From assembly GCA_002189035.1 (NCBI GenBank), contig NEEC01000002.1:558001-622000 (forward strand): a stretch of 64,000 nucleotides of DNA. Reading direction: 5' to 3'. Numbering within the stretch: the first letter of the stretch is position 1; each line of letters starts with the position of its first letter. The notes beneath the pieces are model-generated. The model saw only the letters and a program-made list of their open reading frames with translations, ran no database searches and was not told the origin of the DNA. The translations under genes and the position numbers were made by a program. This document shows positions 29,101-43,484 of this stretch, piece after piece. Source of the stretch: Utricularia gibba (lineage: Eukaryota > Plantae > Magnoliophyta).

Positions 29101-32100
29101 ACAGCGCTAGTAGAAGCAACATTATCTTCTGCACTAAATGGGATTCGCAGCCATGAATCCAGACAAAGGTATGGGATTAACACAAAATTTTGGCATCCAC
29201 TCGAGGGATCAACCATTTCTTTTTCTGAAATCAAAAGACATATCGATACTTCGCACCCCAAAAAATCTATGCAAAGAGCTTTATCTGTGAACTCTCGAGC
29301 ATCAATGCAGCAATCAAAAGGGATATCTTGAGTTCCAGAAACTCCATCATTGAGAGAGATGAATACGCTTAAATGATCGATATTGGCCTTCAGGAACTCT
29401 GAAAAAACAGTATTTGAAGGGACAATCAAATCACAGGCAGCAATCTCAATACAGTATTTTATGATGATGGAGTCTTCTGAACTTGGACTAATGCAATCAG
29501 CAGGCTGGTTTGGTTCTAAGGGGCACCAGTCTGGTAATGAAAAGTAGTCTATTAATAGAGCCAAAAAGCCTGGAGGCAGCATGCATAAAACATGCTGAAT
29601 GTCGAAAGTCAAAATAAGTAGTGACTTCTGAGTGTCAATTTTACTTCTCCGAATCTGTATGTTGAGAACTTGAGAATGATTTGGGGACATTGGACCCCAC
29701 AAAAACTCATTAACTATTTGACACCACCATGAGGTTGAAAGAACAAGTCCTTGAGTTGAACAAAATACATCCCACGCATCTCCAGATATGGTGGCTACCA
29801 ACTCCGCTGAAGGTAGTCCTAGACTCCACATGATGCAGGAAGCATCATGAAAATGGACAGTGACATTGACCAAGTCCAACTTGGCAAGAAAACAGTTACC
29901 CTTATCATAATTTTCCGTTGCATCCCTAGGATAAATAGGATGCAGAACTGCAGCAGTGTCATTCTCCGACCTCTCTGAAACCATAACTTTCTTGGAAAAT
30001 TTTTGGCCCTGTGGTAGCATTTCACTGAATTGAATTCCCATATCCTTCAATACGTTCTCAACATCATTAAGAATGCAGGGGTTGGCAATTTTTTTGGAAG
30101 GCGTGCAATCCAGTTGGATGCTTGCTGACAAAGTTGAATCATTATGATTTGACTGAATTTTTTTTCCAACTTCCAATCCACTGCCTGCTGAAATTTGATA
30201 TCCAGGATGTGATTTATCAGATACCCCATAGTTCAATACTTTGCCAACAAAGCATATCAACTTTCCAATAACATATGGATAGCAATGGACGTCAAGCTCC
30301 TTAACTGACAGTGAACATTTCTGAGAAAAATGATGTGCATTGCTCGCACCTTCAAAATGAAAGACAATGCAGCCATTAACAATCAGTGTTTCATCAACGA
30401 AGTATCTATTTTGATGATCGATAAAAATGCAGACTTTCTGCATGCTTTCAGAAGCAGGGGTCCCAGCTATTAGGGAATGGTTTTCCTGACACCCTGGAAT
30501 GGCATCAGCAACCATTTGGCATGCCTGCACAGAGGCCCAGCAATCCATAACATCTCTAGTATCACACCTGCAATCATTTTACATTGAAGAAATGTATCAA
30601 AAGTATGTTACACATAATCCATGGTAGAATGCTTTGCCTAGTCAAGAGTATGTACCAAAAAAAACACTCGGAAAATGTCCTAGGAACAAAAAAAAATCCT
30701 AAGAAGGCAGTCAAACTTATGATACAAAAATGTCATTTATGACAGCAGAGGGAGAAGTAGTATACCAAACCCCCAGTTCTTTAACTTCCAGGCTAACCAT
30801 GCATTCATCAGCTGCATTATCTTCAATATTAACAAGTAGCTTAATTTCATTGAAACGAATGCTAAATGATATCCAGGGGTGTAAAGAGGTGGTCAATTCA
30901 TTAGAACTGATATCAAGAGAAGCTGAAGAGCCTGAAGGAGGAATAAGATCATTGAACCATGAAATCAGGCCGAAAATCTCCCGATAAATGGAAGCAGAAA
31001 AATGAATGACAAGAGATGGCGCTTGCAAATAAATCTGAAAAAAGCGCAACTTATCAGTAGAAGTAATGCATAGGAGCAAAAACGCATTAGACATTTTGAA
31101 AAAAAAGAAGTAATTTTAATTCCTAACCACAAAAATAACACAAAAATGTTCCATCTAAATCACAGTATTGTGAATATGAACACCAAATTTTAGAACAAAA
31201 ATCTTAAATATGTGAATTAGTCTATGGAATATTATAACATCTGTACGAGTTTGCCGGAAACAGAAATAACTCATTGTGTAATGTAGTCAAAAGATACATA
31301 TTTAGAACTGGAAACTCAACATCAAATTGTCACAAGAGTTGAAACTCAACATTAAATTGGGTTAGTCACATGACATCAACTTCATGCACAGTTTCTCAAT
31401 TCTTGACAATCAAAAGCACCATTGCCCTCTCTAACTCTATTAAGGCGTTCACAAAAAAAACACCCCAGTAATTACCAAATGGAAGTTCACTTACCTCCAT
31501 TCCTTTGAGAGATGGTTCACCAAGTAATATACATGACAACAAGTTCACAGCACAGCTAAATTTATGTACAAGATGGATAGTTGCAGAACTCCTCATCAGC
31601 ATCATCTGGAACACATAAATTTTGAGGATGCACATCTCCAAAGAACAAAAAGAAAATGAGAAAACTGTCAACCTGTGCATCATTAATTTGAATTTCAACA
31701 GGTTCATACAGATCCTGAAGCTCGAAACCACTCAGAACATTGGCAATACCACTAGACTCAGAATCAGCACATCTGGTGAGAATATGAGAACCCTTTCTAA
31801 GATAGGGAGAAGAAGAGTCAACTTCGAAATTGGCCTTCACCATGATAGCCCTCACTTCAACTTTCTGCATTTTCTAAACTATGTTAAGGATAGCTTAAGT
31901 AAATTGATCGTGTAAACTTCTATTTTCATATTGGAAAAAGAAGTTTGATGAAAGATTGTACAACATCCCTAGTTGGTTAGCAAAGGCATTCAGTTCAATA
32001 TAGATCATAACAATCATACTGGTGCAAAGAAAGCGAGCACTGTGTCTAGATTACCACACTAGCTGCACCACCATCAGTCATTCCAGTTGGTATGTTGATA

Positions 32101-35100
32101 ACCAGGTTGAAGATATCAATACCCCACATGATCTTTTCATGGATTGATAAAAAATATCTGCAAAATGAAACCAGAATCAGAAACAATACAATGAATATCT
32201 ATGGAATGCTCACGGCATACCACATAACTGCAAAATATTACAAAACCAAGGAACACCAATTACAGTAGTATAGGCCTCAACAAATAAAAAGTCATACTCA
32301 ATTTTTGATAGAAGCCTTGAACTGTCGCTGTTGATAGCATTTAGAGACAGCAAAATCTGCAAGAGATCATCAAGTGAAAGGTGACCATATGGCTCAAGTA
32401 AAAAAGGACGTCTGAATAAGCAGAAAAAGCATCAGGATCCCACAGAGAGAACCTCATCAAGAAAGTGAACTAAAATTTGGCACATTTCTCAAAAAGAGGC
32501 ATGTCCATTAGAAGCACCAGGGCATAAAATAGCTCAAAATGTTCAGAGTGTGCTCATCAAATCATGAGGAAACTAAATGCTGCATAAAAAAAATTTGATA
32601 TTTGCTGAGGGAATCCTTAGGGGGGTGCACATGCTATTGCTATCCTTGTTCAAAATGACCAATTATTACATTATTGAGATAAAGATTTTCTCCACATATC
32701 AATATTCTCAAAGACCATGTGGAAAGGACCTCAGTCACAACAGGCAAAGGAAAGCATCTATATAAATATACCCTTTGTTGCTGAAAGTTCACATGCCACA
32801 GAACATGTACGAAATCCAAAATGTTCTTCAGCATTTCCAAATCACAGAAAATCTCAGGCGAACATACTGTGATCTGAGTATAGGAACAGCTGATTATTAA
32901 CAACCAAAAACTGCACAAGTGAAAAAAGGGAGATGTAACGGATACAAAGTGTGTGAATGCTTCAGAGCAGCAAAAATACTTTTATGGAAGTGTTGCTGCC
33001 AAGGGTGGGAGGAGAAACATCAACTTTGATACTTAGAGATGGCTGCAGCTCTTCCTCAACATTAGATATAGCGAATACCTGAAATCAAACTATGCCCACT
33101 GTAATATGCAAATGATGCAATAACCCAAGATAAACAATTTATCAATTTATCTAACTTCATCAAATCACAGAACAAGTACCTTAAAAAAAGTCATGTAGAA
33201 TAAGCATTACGCACCTTTTTTAGGATAAAAACAACCTGACCATTCAGCGGATTAATTATCCGAGACATGTTGACAGATGCAGTAAAAATTGCTGTTTTCT
33301 CCCAGCCTTTGCTCTCAATCAAAACCCCCTCAAAATTAATTTCAGAAATCGCCAGTCCAAGGTCACTATGTGATACACAAAATAACCAACTAAATAATTG
33401 TATAAAAATCACAAAAGAATGATAACAGAAATTACTTCAATAACATAAAATAACCAACAAAAATATGATAACCTCTGATATGATATCCCACTACTCAAAA
33501 AAAAATGTAAAAAATCTGTCGCTGTTAAAAATAGCAAACAAAACAAATTATCACATACACGAAGACCATCTGCATTTATGAACAAAAAGCAATATGAGAA
33601 GATAAACCACGTTGCAACATTTTTTCAATTTAAAAGCACCAGGAAGAAATACATACTTCCTTCGAAATACTGTTCGAACTTCAAAAATATTTAACTTTAT
33701 TGAAGTCAGGTACACTTCATTCACCACAGAATCACCAATTCCATCATGGGCAGGATGAAATTTTGTTGCTTCATATATATCCTGAAAAGTTTGCGAATAG
33801 ATAAAAGTTGGAATGACTTTTAATCTCTAGCTCACCAGAACTAGTTGATTAAATGATCACGTACATACATTTATCACATCATCTGAAATCACACCAGAAA
33901 ACTGAGACACTTCATCTGTCCCACCAGCTCCCAAGACCCCATTCGAAAGCCAGTTTAACCAGCCACGGAGCTTGCCAGTTGCACGATCATCTTCAACTGT
34001 TGTTTTATTTTTATTTTCGTCAGTCACATGCCTCAAGGATTGGTTATGCATGAGATCCTACAAAGAGAGGAAAAAAATTGAAAGAAACATACTACAAGCA
34101 TATATGGTGTTTTTCAAAAGGCTAAGTTGCACATAAATAAAATGGCTGATGAGGAATGATAATACTTCTAGTTCACGTTCTGCTATAGATCTGAAATACA
34201 GAATCTCTTCAATATCGGTGTGTTTCTCCAAATCCTCCAATTGTTGCTGCAGATAATCTTCTATCGCCTATAGAAATTGAATAGGGGAACAAAAATAAAG
34301 GAAATAAATGATGACTTCTTCAACAAAAAAAAAGGAATAAAAAAATCGGTGAAACTGAATTCAATTGTCAAGGGTGCATGATGGGATTCTTTTACAAAGA
34401 TTAAAAAGTAGGGAAAAATAAAAATTCAAAAAACGTGTCATGTTTGAAGGAATCTATCAAGAAATAAAGAATATAGAATCCAATCATGTGATTCTAGATC
34501 TATCTATTGAAATCAGCAGTACTACCTCATCATATCTTAGACATTTCAACTTGTCCTTATATAAGTTCACATACTTCCTGCGCGAGCTCCTGTATCATGG
34601 GAAAGAGATACAGAAAATAAAATACATAGTGGAGTGTACACACCAGGTTCAAATATTTATAATGCCTTGAAGAATGAAATATTTTCATGCATTAGAAACC
34701 ACAAAATTCTAAAAGACAATAAAAGCAACAATTCTAAAGTGAAAAAAAAATAAACAATGATGTTGGCTGACAGATTAAATTTATTCATATTCTTTAACTC
34801 ATCTGTATTTTGAACCCTCACTCAGGTCACTGACCTTAAATTCTTACCCCATATGGTAATCTAATTAGAAACTGAAGAAATGAGCGGCTTCTAAGAAAGC
34901 ATGAATTTGATTCAAAGAAATATGCTAATCCATGTCTAACAAATGAAATTATCAGGTCAATGAGAAATGTTGCAATCAATAATACTAACAAGATTTTATT
35001 TCTTATATCAATATCACATATACCCAAAACATCATCCAAACGGAACAGCATCACAATCAAATGGTAAACACAGATTTCTAACTTACAGCCTCTGTCCGAA

Positions 35101-38100
35101 GTACTTCCAAGAAGTTTTTTTCAACCTCTTTCGAACATCAGAAAGAACAGACTTTTGAGCATAGTGCCACCAAGCTTTCTGCCACCCATTTAGCTTTTTC
35201 TCCAAAGGGCTCCACCAAGGGCGGTAACAGCCATATCTAAATCATACCAAGGCCATCAAAAACAATTATGAGATGTATTTAGTTAGCATTTTACACCAAA
35301 TTATCTGATACAAACAGCGCATATGCTACTGTAGAACTGCAGCAAACACATGTAAAGTTCAATGGCATAATCAAGTTGAAGTCAAGCATTACTCCTGAAT
35401 CAACTAAAGTAAAATGAAATCGCTAGCTATTACATTTCAGACATTAATTTAATGAGATCAAGCACTTACTTCTCCCTCAGTCCACACACGGATAAATAAT
35501 CACATATGGAAAAGATGTGCAGCAACTGAACTTCATCAATTGTAGTCACCTAAAGATTATAGACACAAGGGATATGAAACATCGGATCATCTCAAGAAAT
35601 CCAAAGATGAAGCTTTGGATAAGCTTCTACAAAATACCAGGCAGGGAATCTCAGCATTTATAGTATACTGTGGAGCGTCATTTAAAAGCCTTCCTGTTCT
35701 GTCAACCTACATAAAAGTAGGGAAAAAAACCCAAAATGAAATACAACAGCCTATTTCAGTAAGAGATTGAGGCATGAAACTCCGAGGAAGTAATTGTTTC
35801 TCCAAAAAACGAGGTAGAACTTAACCAAGCAATGTAGCATGAAGGATGAAATTGATGACAAGAATTCATTCAAGTGAAACACTGAAACTTAAAAGAAAAT
35901 CTCAAACTGGTTATATCATCAGACAGGATTTTTTCCAAAAGTTCCATACCAAGTACAGATAGATATCCAATGACTCAGGATGAATAAGAGTTATTCATTC
36001 ACCGTCACAAAAAGTTCAGACATTCAACAATACTTTTCACCAATACTCGGTAAATGTTAGCACTACGCTGCAAATTCTTAATAAAATACAAATTGCCTGT
36101 GTTCCAGGTTAAAAGTTATGTAGCCACAAGATACTCAGGTATTGAGCAGCAATTATATTTGAGTCAAGCGAATGTGGATGTTTTTTAGGCATCTAAAAAA
36201 AGGAGTGCAGTTTCCAAGCAATGGGATTCAAAGCACCGATGTCAAGATAATAAGTGTACATTCATTTAAAAAAAAATAGAAGGAAGACATACTTACGGAA
36301 ACCATTGCATAGACATCCAATGGCATCAGAATAGGGGAGTAATACTCAGTTTTAGGATCTCTCGCTATTTCCCCGGAATTCATGCCACTCGACACACATG
36401 AATTTTCAGTTCTTGCCAAAGTACTACTATAAAGTTCCAAACCTTGAATTTTTATTGATTTATTCACTTGACCTCCTCTAATCTTTGGTAGAGAAGACGA
36501 TCTGAATGACATGAAAAGAGATCCACAATGAGCTGTTAGAAGGATAAAGCCAGAACCTTTAAGTTCATAAAAACCATAATATACCAGCTATTTTGTGTCT
36601 TACTAGGAGAGAATACTAGAGGTTATAAATGTCCTATCAATAGATAAAGTTGCATCCATGTCAATAATTTTGTGTTTTACTAGGAGAGAATACCCAAATA
36701 GAAAAATATAAAAAAAAAAAATCAGTCCAGTTCTCAAGCAAAGCTTCTAAGTGAAAACAAAAATGAAAAACTGAAAATTCAACAGAGCGTAAAAATAGGA
36801 CAGCTGAAGAATACCCAACAGAAGTTTGTCTCATCACTGTTAAACTTGAGAACTTCAATCCAAACACAAATTCTTCCTGGAGAAAAAATAAAATTCTTGA
36901 GGTCATTTCCAAAAATAAAATATAGAATAAAAACAATAGAACGTAAAAGAATTCGGTTTTCATATGTTCAACAAAAAGGACTAAGTCCATCCATAGAACA
37001 AAATGGAGGGAAACTAACCTTGTCATACAGCGTGTCATGAAAGAGGACATGAAAATTTTGGATGGAAACCTGAATGCCATCGAGAATCTTGGATGGAGTG
37101 CAGGAGAGAAACATCAAATAAGTCAGACATAACAAAATTAATACAATCTCCATTACCTATAAGGGTGTCATAAAAATAAAAAGAAGATAATTGCATTTTA
37201 TGCCATACAAAGGATGCAAACATGTTCTACTAGTATATGGTCCAAGACACCAATTGTACTTCAGTTGACTCACACCATGCTGATGGTGAGGGGGGACTAA
37301 GAATTCATAAAATTAATATTTCATAAAATCCAACACCAGCTTCACACTGCCAGGAAAACATGCACAAAACCTGAAGGTTAAGAATGCTTATTTTCTAAAG
37401 GGTGTCACTATTATCCCTTTCTGAAAATGGATAGGCATTAAAGGAAAACAATTTTAATGTCCAGAATCCATCCACAAGGGACGCCAAAGTTACCTTAGCA
37501 GTAATGTATGAGATAAAAGATTTCCCAGTCTGATAATCTGCAGAATACATCGTTTATAACCTCAGATTTACAATCCTCACTATTCCAATAAAAAAAAATG
37601 CATGTCTAGACATAATGAATGAGGCCAAGATAACAGTGACAGTTACAGCAATCAAAAGTAGAATACGAGAAGACAGATGATGGTGATGAATACAAGGAAT
37701 CTTCATGTGGAACTACAATGTTCGCCCAGCTGTGAATCACAACTCAATTTTCTATCCCTAACTTAATGGAGCAAAATATAAAATTCTAACCCGATACTCT
37801 TTTTGATAACTTCGCAAGTTCAGCTGCAGCAAGTTTAGCTTTTTTGCTTGCATACTCTCTTCCTTCAACGGCATCAGTGCTCCACTGACAGTGATGAAAA
37901 AACAAATCTGGTGACTATACATAACAACAGACGATGGTACTTATTTGAAGATAGAACTGATTAACAATCAAAATGACCGATTACCACCACGAAAAACTAC
38001 CTCTTTGTCATCTCTTTTGGAGATACAAACGTACAAATCCTCCAAATTTATTATAATAGGGTCCCAGCCAAGCTTCTTCCATGGAATTTTGATGCTTAAC

Positions 38101-38753
38101 TTGCCAACCCGACCTAAAAAAATCGCAACTGATTAAAAGGAACAAGGTAGAAGATGCTTTCAAGGAACGAGCATAAGAAATAGAGTTTTAGAAGCTGTCT
38201 CCTATATGCAGCAACTTATTTTAAGAACTGCACAACCGCTGAAGACAAGTACAACTGGGCACTCTAATAGTGAAGGACCTCCAAATCCATGAACATTCTT
38301 TTGCATTTCAACCCATACAACAGCCAACTCACATGTGACTCCCAAAGTTGGGATGCAATATAACGGGAAAAAAAAAACCATCATACAGCAATACTAAAGA
38401 ATGAGATATCACTTTTGTTTTCCAAAAGGTTAAGTTTCCTTCTGAATAGGGAAAACATCAAAAGAAACCTCGGGTTGAATTGCATACCTTGTTTAAAAGA
38501 AAATGGCAAACGGAGATAATCGAATGCATCCAGAATCAGCTCCACATTTTCCAATAATACTTCCTCTTTAACCACAGATGTTAACAATGAATAAAGGTGA
38601 AGCATGGGTTAGCGTCAATCTACACCAAAAAATGAAAACCACGAGAAAAGAAGTACCATTCCAGAGGGTAATTTTCAACTGGTCTTTCTGAATGTCTTTA
38701 AGAAAACGGCCCAGGTACCCCAAAATCAACTGCCTCACCAGTCCTTCAAACAT
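20109..38753 (-). CDS. VPS13: VPS13-family bridge-like lipid transfer protein, SHRUBBY/VPS13S type; apparent 1-nt frameshift at about 28376-28380
   Basis: Chorein N-terminus MFEGLVRQLILGYLGRFLKDIQKDQLKITLW...EVLLENVEL, KIPWKKLGWDP; SHR-BD/VAB region (RELLLSIRFNEPGWEWSGSFLP); C-terminal VLGSAGVIGNPVGFARSLG. More than 40 exons traced in frame apart from the one shift. Confidence 0.95.
31311..31359. repeat. 19-bp direct repeat x2 (period 30) in a VPS13 intron
   Basis: gaaactcaacatcaaattg / gaaactcaacattaaattg. Confidence 0.8.
36591..36693. repeat. 26-bp direct repeat x2 (period 77) in a VPS13 intron
   Basis: ttttgtgtcttactaggagagaatac / ttttgtgttttactaggagagaatac. Confidence 0.85.
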
Positions 38754-39240
38754 ACTTTTTCAATTTGATCCGAAACAAGTACCCTTTTTTTTAATAATTT
38801 CCAGAGGCAAGCCGCCATTCGCACTTCATAGTACTACACAACATCAGGACAACGTTGAGCATCATTAATTTGCAACAACAGCATTTCCTATATTAGACTC
38901 TACAAACTCCTCTTTCAACCACCGGCAGAAAATGCTCATGTAGCATTTCTCCAAAAAAAAGAAATGATCATCGACTCAACTAGCTTGCTACGATAGCAAC
39001 AAACAAAAGAAGAAAGAAGTGAAGATAAAAAGGAATTGATGAATCCAGATTGAACAGCCAGAACCAGAAGTTTCCTTCTGCAATTCACGCATCGGTTCAA
39101 GTAACAAATATTCACCAGAAAAACACATACGCAACGGTCTTATTTCTTCAGGCGACGGTGTGCTCTGTCTGTAGGCAAACGGTCAGAAAAAGGAGAACGT
39201 GTGCAGAATTTGTTCGAGATTTCTTGGTCCGTAAGAAATA

Positions 39241-39290
39241 CGGGCCAATAGGCCCGTCAAGCCGGAGCCCAAGGACTTGAATGGGCTTGT
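39241..39290. promoter_or_regulatory. Site II-like cluster in the bidirectional VPS13-LysM promoter
   Basis: CGGGCC, GGCCCG, AGCCCA and TGGGCT within 50 bp, between divergent genes. Confidence 0.55.
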
Positions 39291-39498
39291 TCCGAAAATT
39301 CCCAAAAATATGTCCACAGCATGACGGTGATTAATATAACGTTACCCGTCTCGCACGAGCAAGATGGGGTTAGAGCAAATCTGCGACGCGGCAGAACAGT
39401 GTCCCCCAGATCTGCCACTCTCCGGGACCAATTCTGATTTTCCAGTAAGGGATTCAAGGGTCTGAGACTATTCATGAGTCTCCCCGATCGGTTGTGAA

Positions 39499-41263
39499 AT
39501 GCAGAGAGTGAGAAGGGCAGCTGACGACGAATATGGAGATACGGGCTTTCTGACAATTGAGACGGCGGGATCCTCCTCTCAGTCGGGATCGGCGCCTGTG
39601 TCGTCTCCTTTTTCCGCCGCAGCTGGGGTTAGCGGTAGTGGCGGTGTAAACTGCATTTTGCATGAGGTTTCTAGGCTGGACACTCTTGCTGGAGTCGCGA
39701 TCAGATACGGTGTTGAGGTGAGGATCGAATCGAATCGAGTCGCGTGAATTTATCCCTCTTTAGTATTTCCCCCATTTATTTGGCTTTGAGTATCTTTCTC
39801 CCAATTCAGGACGTTTAACTGCTATGCTTTGAAGTACTTTTATGCTTTCTTCATATTTAAGCATTGAACTGCGCAACCTTCCTTTAAATCTTACGTCTGA
39901 TATCTTGGCTGAAAAAGATTATATGTTTTTAGTCTGTTTCTTTCTTTCTCCTCCTGATTCTTGAGCAAAATACGTGGTTTTGGCCGGTGAGTAGGTGACA
40001 GATATTAAGAGATTGAATGGATTATCCTGTGATCTCCAAATGTACGCGTTAAAAACTCTACAGATTCCTTCGCCAGGGAAGCATCCTCCTTCACCCAGCT
40101 TCAGAAACAGCCACAGTACTCCATGGTACACCGGTTCTCTCTTGTTTTTTTATTGCTCAGTGTGTTGAAGTAGTACTTGGAGACATTTAAGTTTTTGATG
40201 AGACATTTAAGTTGATGGATTTTGAGCGTTAGTGCTGCTGATCAGCAATTATGCTTTTGTTTTTTGGAACCATGAATCCAAATGTGATGATGTCATGGTC
40301 TAAGGTGCTTTAGTTTAGTAGGAGTACACTCTTGAAATATTTTCATGCTGTGTGAGCTGTTCTGTTTGTTTGGAAATGGGCATTGGCACTCTGAGTCTTT
40401 TTTTTATACTCATGATTCAAGAAGGTTGTAAAGAGACTTGTCCTGAGAAAATCACTTGCAGGCAAAGCAGTGGTGAGAAAAGCCCTACCAGGCATCAAGA
40501 TGTTGATTTATTTGACTCATTCCAATCACTTAAATTATCATCATCCCTGGAAAGGAAAGTTTCTCCGGCAATGAGCAGCTTGCAAGGTTACTATGGCACA
40601 GGGCAATCTGATAGAAAAAGTATCCCTGAAGAGTTGGAAATGGCTACATACCACAATGGGAGAGCTCGTCAGTTTCAAGATGAGCCAACTGCATCTTCTT
40701 CATATCTTTCTTATCTGCCTCTGAGCCATTACAGAAAATCAAGGAGTGTTGCCAGCAGCCTCATGTCAGCTAACGGTAGTCTGCATGATTCTCTTTTATC
40801 ACCAGGTGATGAAACTAATTCAGGCACCGATAAATGGATTGACAAGCTACTGAGAAGGAATCTAAAGTCAGAGAGTGATTTTGCATCTTACCCTCCAGAA
40901 AAACTTCTGAAGGAGGAAATGAGTGGTGGCAGCACTATTTCAACAATTACCGGAAAAGGCTTGGCTCTGAGACCAAAATCTTCTAGCCGAATTGTTTCAA
41001 CCTTGGACAGCGAACCACTGGTATCTTCACCTGTTCCCCTTACCACCATGGGTGACTCACATGTTGCTGATACATCAAACTCTGTTCGGAAATCATCAAG
41101 CACTTCAAGTTTAGAGACAGACAGTGGAGCATTTTCATCTTTATGGCCGACATCAAAGTGGATTCCAAAACCAGATTTTCAAGCTCTTTCTTCTGCAGCC
41201 CTTCCCATCTTTGACAGCCTGCCTAGAGCCATTGGAATGAAGAGCAAAACTGCTCTCGACTAA
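39499..41263 (+). CDS. Intracellular LysM domain-containing protein (At5g23130/At5g08200-like)
   Basis: 3 exons. LysM motif HEVSRLDTLAGVAIRYGVEVTDIKRLNGL...LKTLQIP; conserved C-terminus WPTSKW...KSKTALD*. Confidence 0.9.
40180..40213. repeat. 14-bp direct repeat x2 (period 20) in LysM intron 2
   Basis: gagacatttaagtt twice. Confidence 0.8.
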
Positions 41264-41849
41264 TTACACCCTTTCGCTCAGCACCTCATTTTACTATCTA
41301 TAAACATCATGTACAACCGTCTGAAGACTTCTCCTCCTTCAGCTGGATGGAGAAATGTGCATTCTCCTTGACCTGTATGGCTGTTGTCATAGTTTGGTGA
41401 AACGTTACCGCTCTATACAGAAGTTGAAGGTTCTTAGAAAATGTATACTATTACAGACTGGTTAGAGCATGGCCCTGTACACATTCTTCTTCTGCTACTC
41501 TCACTGCCCATACTTCATTGAGAACAGTGTCAAATAGATACTGCATTATTCTTGGTATATTGCATGAAATTCCCTTGATTATTGAGCTCATTGTCATGGG
41601 AAGGTGTTTCTGATTTTTTAAACATATTTTTATTTTTAATAGTTTGTAATTTAAATTTTATTCAAATTGTTTTCGTGAAATATTGTATTAATTTTTACAA
41701 AAAAAATTGGGAAAAAAATAACGGGCCGAAAGCCGTTGACGAATATGCATCTGGTTGATTCTACTGGTATTTTCTAGAATGTTATAATCGGGGGTTCATC
41801 ACGGGAGCATACTTGAAGCGACCTGGGATTTCTGTACGGTTACGTAGCC

Positions 41850-43243
41850 ATGGCTATGAATCCTCAGCTCTTCCCTAATGGGATGCCTGTGCCCTTTGTC
41901 AATGAGATGTTTGTTTTGGCCAGGGATGGCGTTGAATTCGAGATCGACAAGATTCCTGGGTTGGTTTCTTTTCTCCGTTCACGATTTCGCAATCTTTTGT
42001 TTTTTTTTTTTTGGTAATTTCTACGATATTCACTTTGATTGGATCGAAAAGAACTGAATTGTCTAGGTATCTGTTTCTAGTCCGTTATTGTGGGTTTTCA
42101 TCTATCCTGATCAAAAAGTTTTTTTCTTTACAATGCGCAGCTCTGAGGGTGGAAACGTCAGAGCAAGAGGATCCATATTCTTGTCCAACATTCGCATCGT
42201 CTTTGTAGCGAAAAAACCCGTTGGAAATCTTTATGCCTTTGATATGCCCTTGGTATGATTTAGTTCTGTGTATATCTTGTGATTGTTCATTGGCTATGTC
42301 ATGGTAGGTGTTAAAAGGAGCACAAGTGGATCCTACGTAGTAACTAAATTGGTTCGTGTATTCTTTAGACCTGATGCATATCGTTAGTTTAGCGTATTTA
42401 TTTGTAAGTAGTATAAGTGGTCATATATTTTTTGATTGTAAACAAGACGTTTGGTTCCTGTTGTTCTATCTAAAGGAAAAGCTTCTTAACAGCATCGTCT
42501 TCCTTTTCACTTGGGGTGAGTATGGTAGGGTGGATAACCATAGTTTTCTTAGGACAGGACATATTATTTAGTTGTTTGATTTACACGGATAAATGCTTGT
42601 ACACTAGGTACTTAGCCCAAGATTTTCCTTTTATTCAATGTCACCACTACGTGTAATGCAGCTTTATGTTCATGGTGAAAAGTTCAACCAGCCAATCTTC
42701 CACTGCAACAACATAGCAGGCCGTGTGGATCCTGTATGTACACAGACCAGAGGCTTTTTCTGTTGCTTTCTAACCCTTGCCTGACAGTGTGTATTCATAT
42801 AGCTTGCTTTTACTGTTTTCCCTATTTTTGCATTACAGGTCGTGCCAGACAATGATCATAGTGCCCTGTATTCAACTCAATCTTTCAAGATATTGTTCAA
42901 GGAAGGGGGGTGTGGAACTTTTGTCCCACTTTTCTTCAACTTGATTTCTTCTGTTAGGCGGTATAATCAGCATGTAAGCGCTGCAAGAGAAGCGCGTTCA
43001 GATCCTCTCCAAGCGTCACAAACACCTGTTGATGAGATGATGAGACACGCGTACGTGTCCACGGTGACACTTTCATCTTTATCATGCTCTTCTTCTGTCC
43101 CGCTTCTGATTCCCTCACTTGCTTGCAGATATGTTGACCCGAATGACCCCACGAGGATTTTCTTACAGCAGCCAAATGCAGAGTCCCAGTTGAGGCGCCG
43201 CGCATACCACTCGAACAGAACCGAAAACCATAGTGACTGGTGA
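41850..43243 (+). CDS. UPF0664 stress-induced / WBP2-like PH-GRAM protein (At5g11680-like)
   Basis: 5 exons in frame. MAMNPQLFPNGMPVPFVNEMFVLARDGVEF, EKFNQPIFHCN, FKILFKEGGCGTFVPLF, YVDPNDPTRIFLQQP. Confidence 0.9.
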
Positions 43244-43484
43244 CTACTGCTGCAGCTCATGGTGCTGTGGAAGATGAATATACAACTTATACTGTAAAGG
43301 GTATTCTATATTCTTTTCTTGCATCAGTTCAGGTGTTCGAACCACTTTATTCAACAGTAAAAAAAAAGAACTTTGTGTGTTGTAATATTAAACTATCATG
43401 AAATTAATAGAAGCATTTGATTTTTAATTTTTTTTTGTTTTTAAAAATCCAGAAAATGGAATAAATATCCGTTGAGTTGTGTAT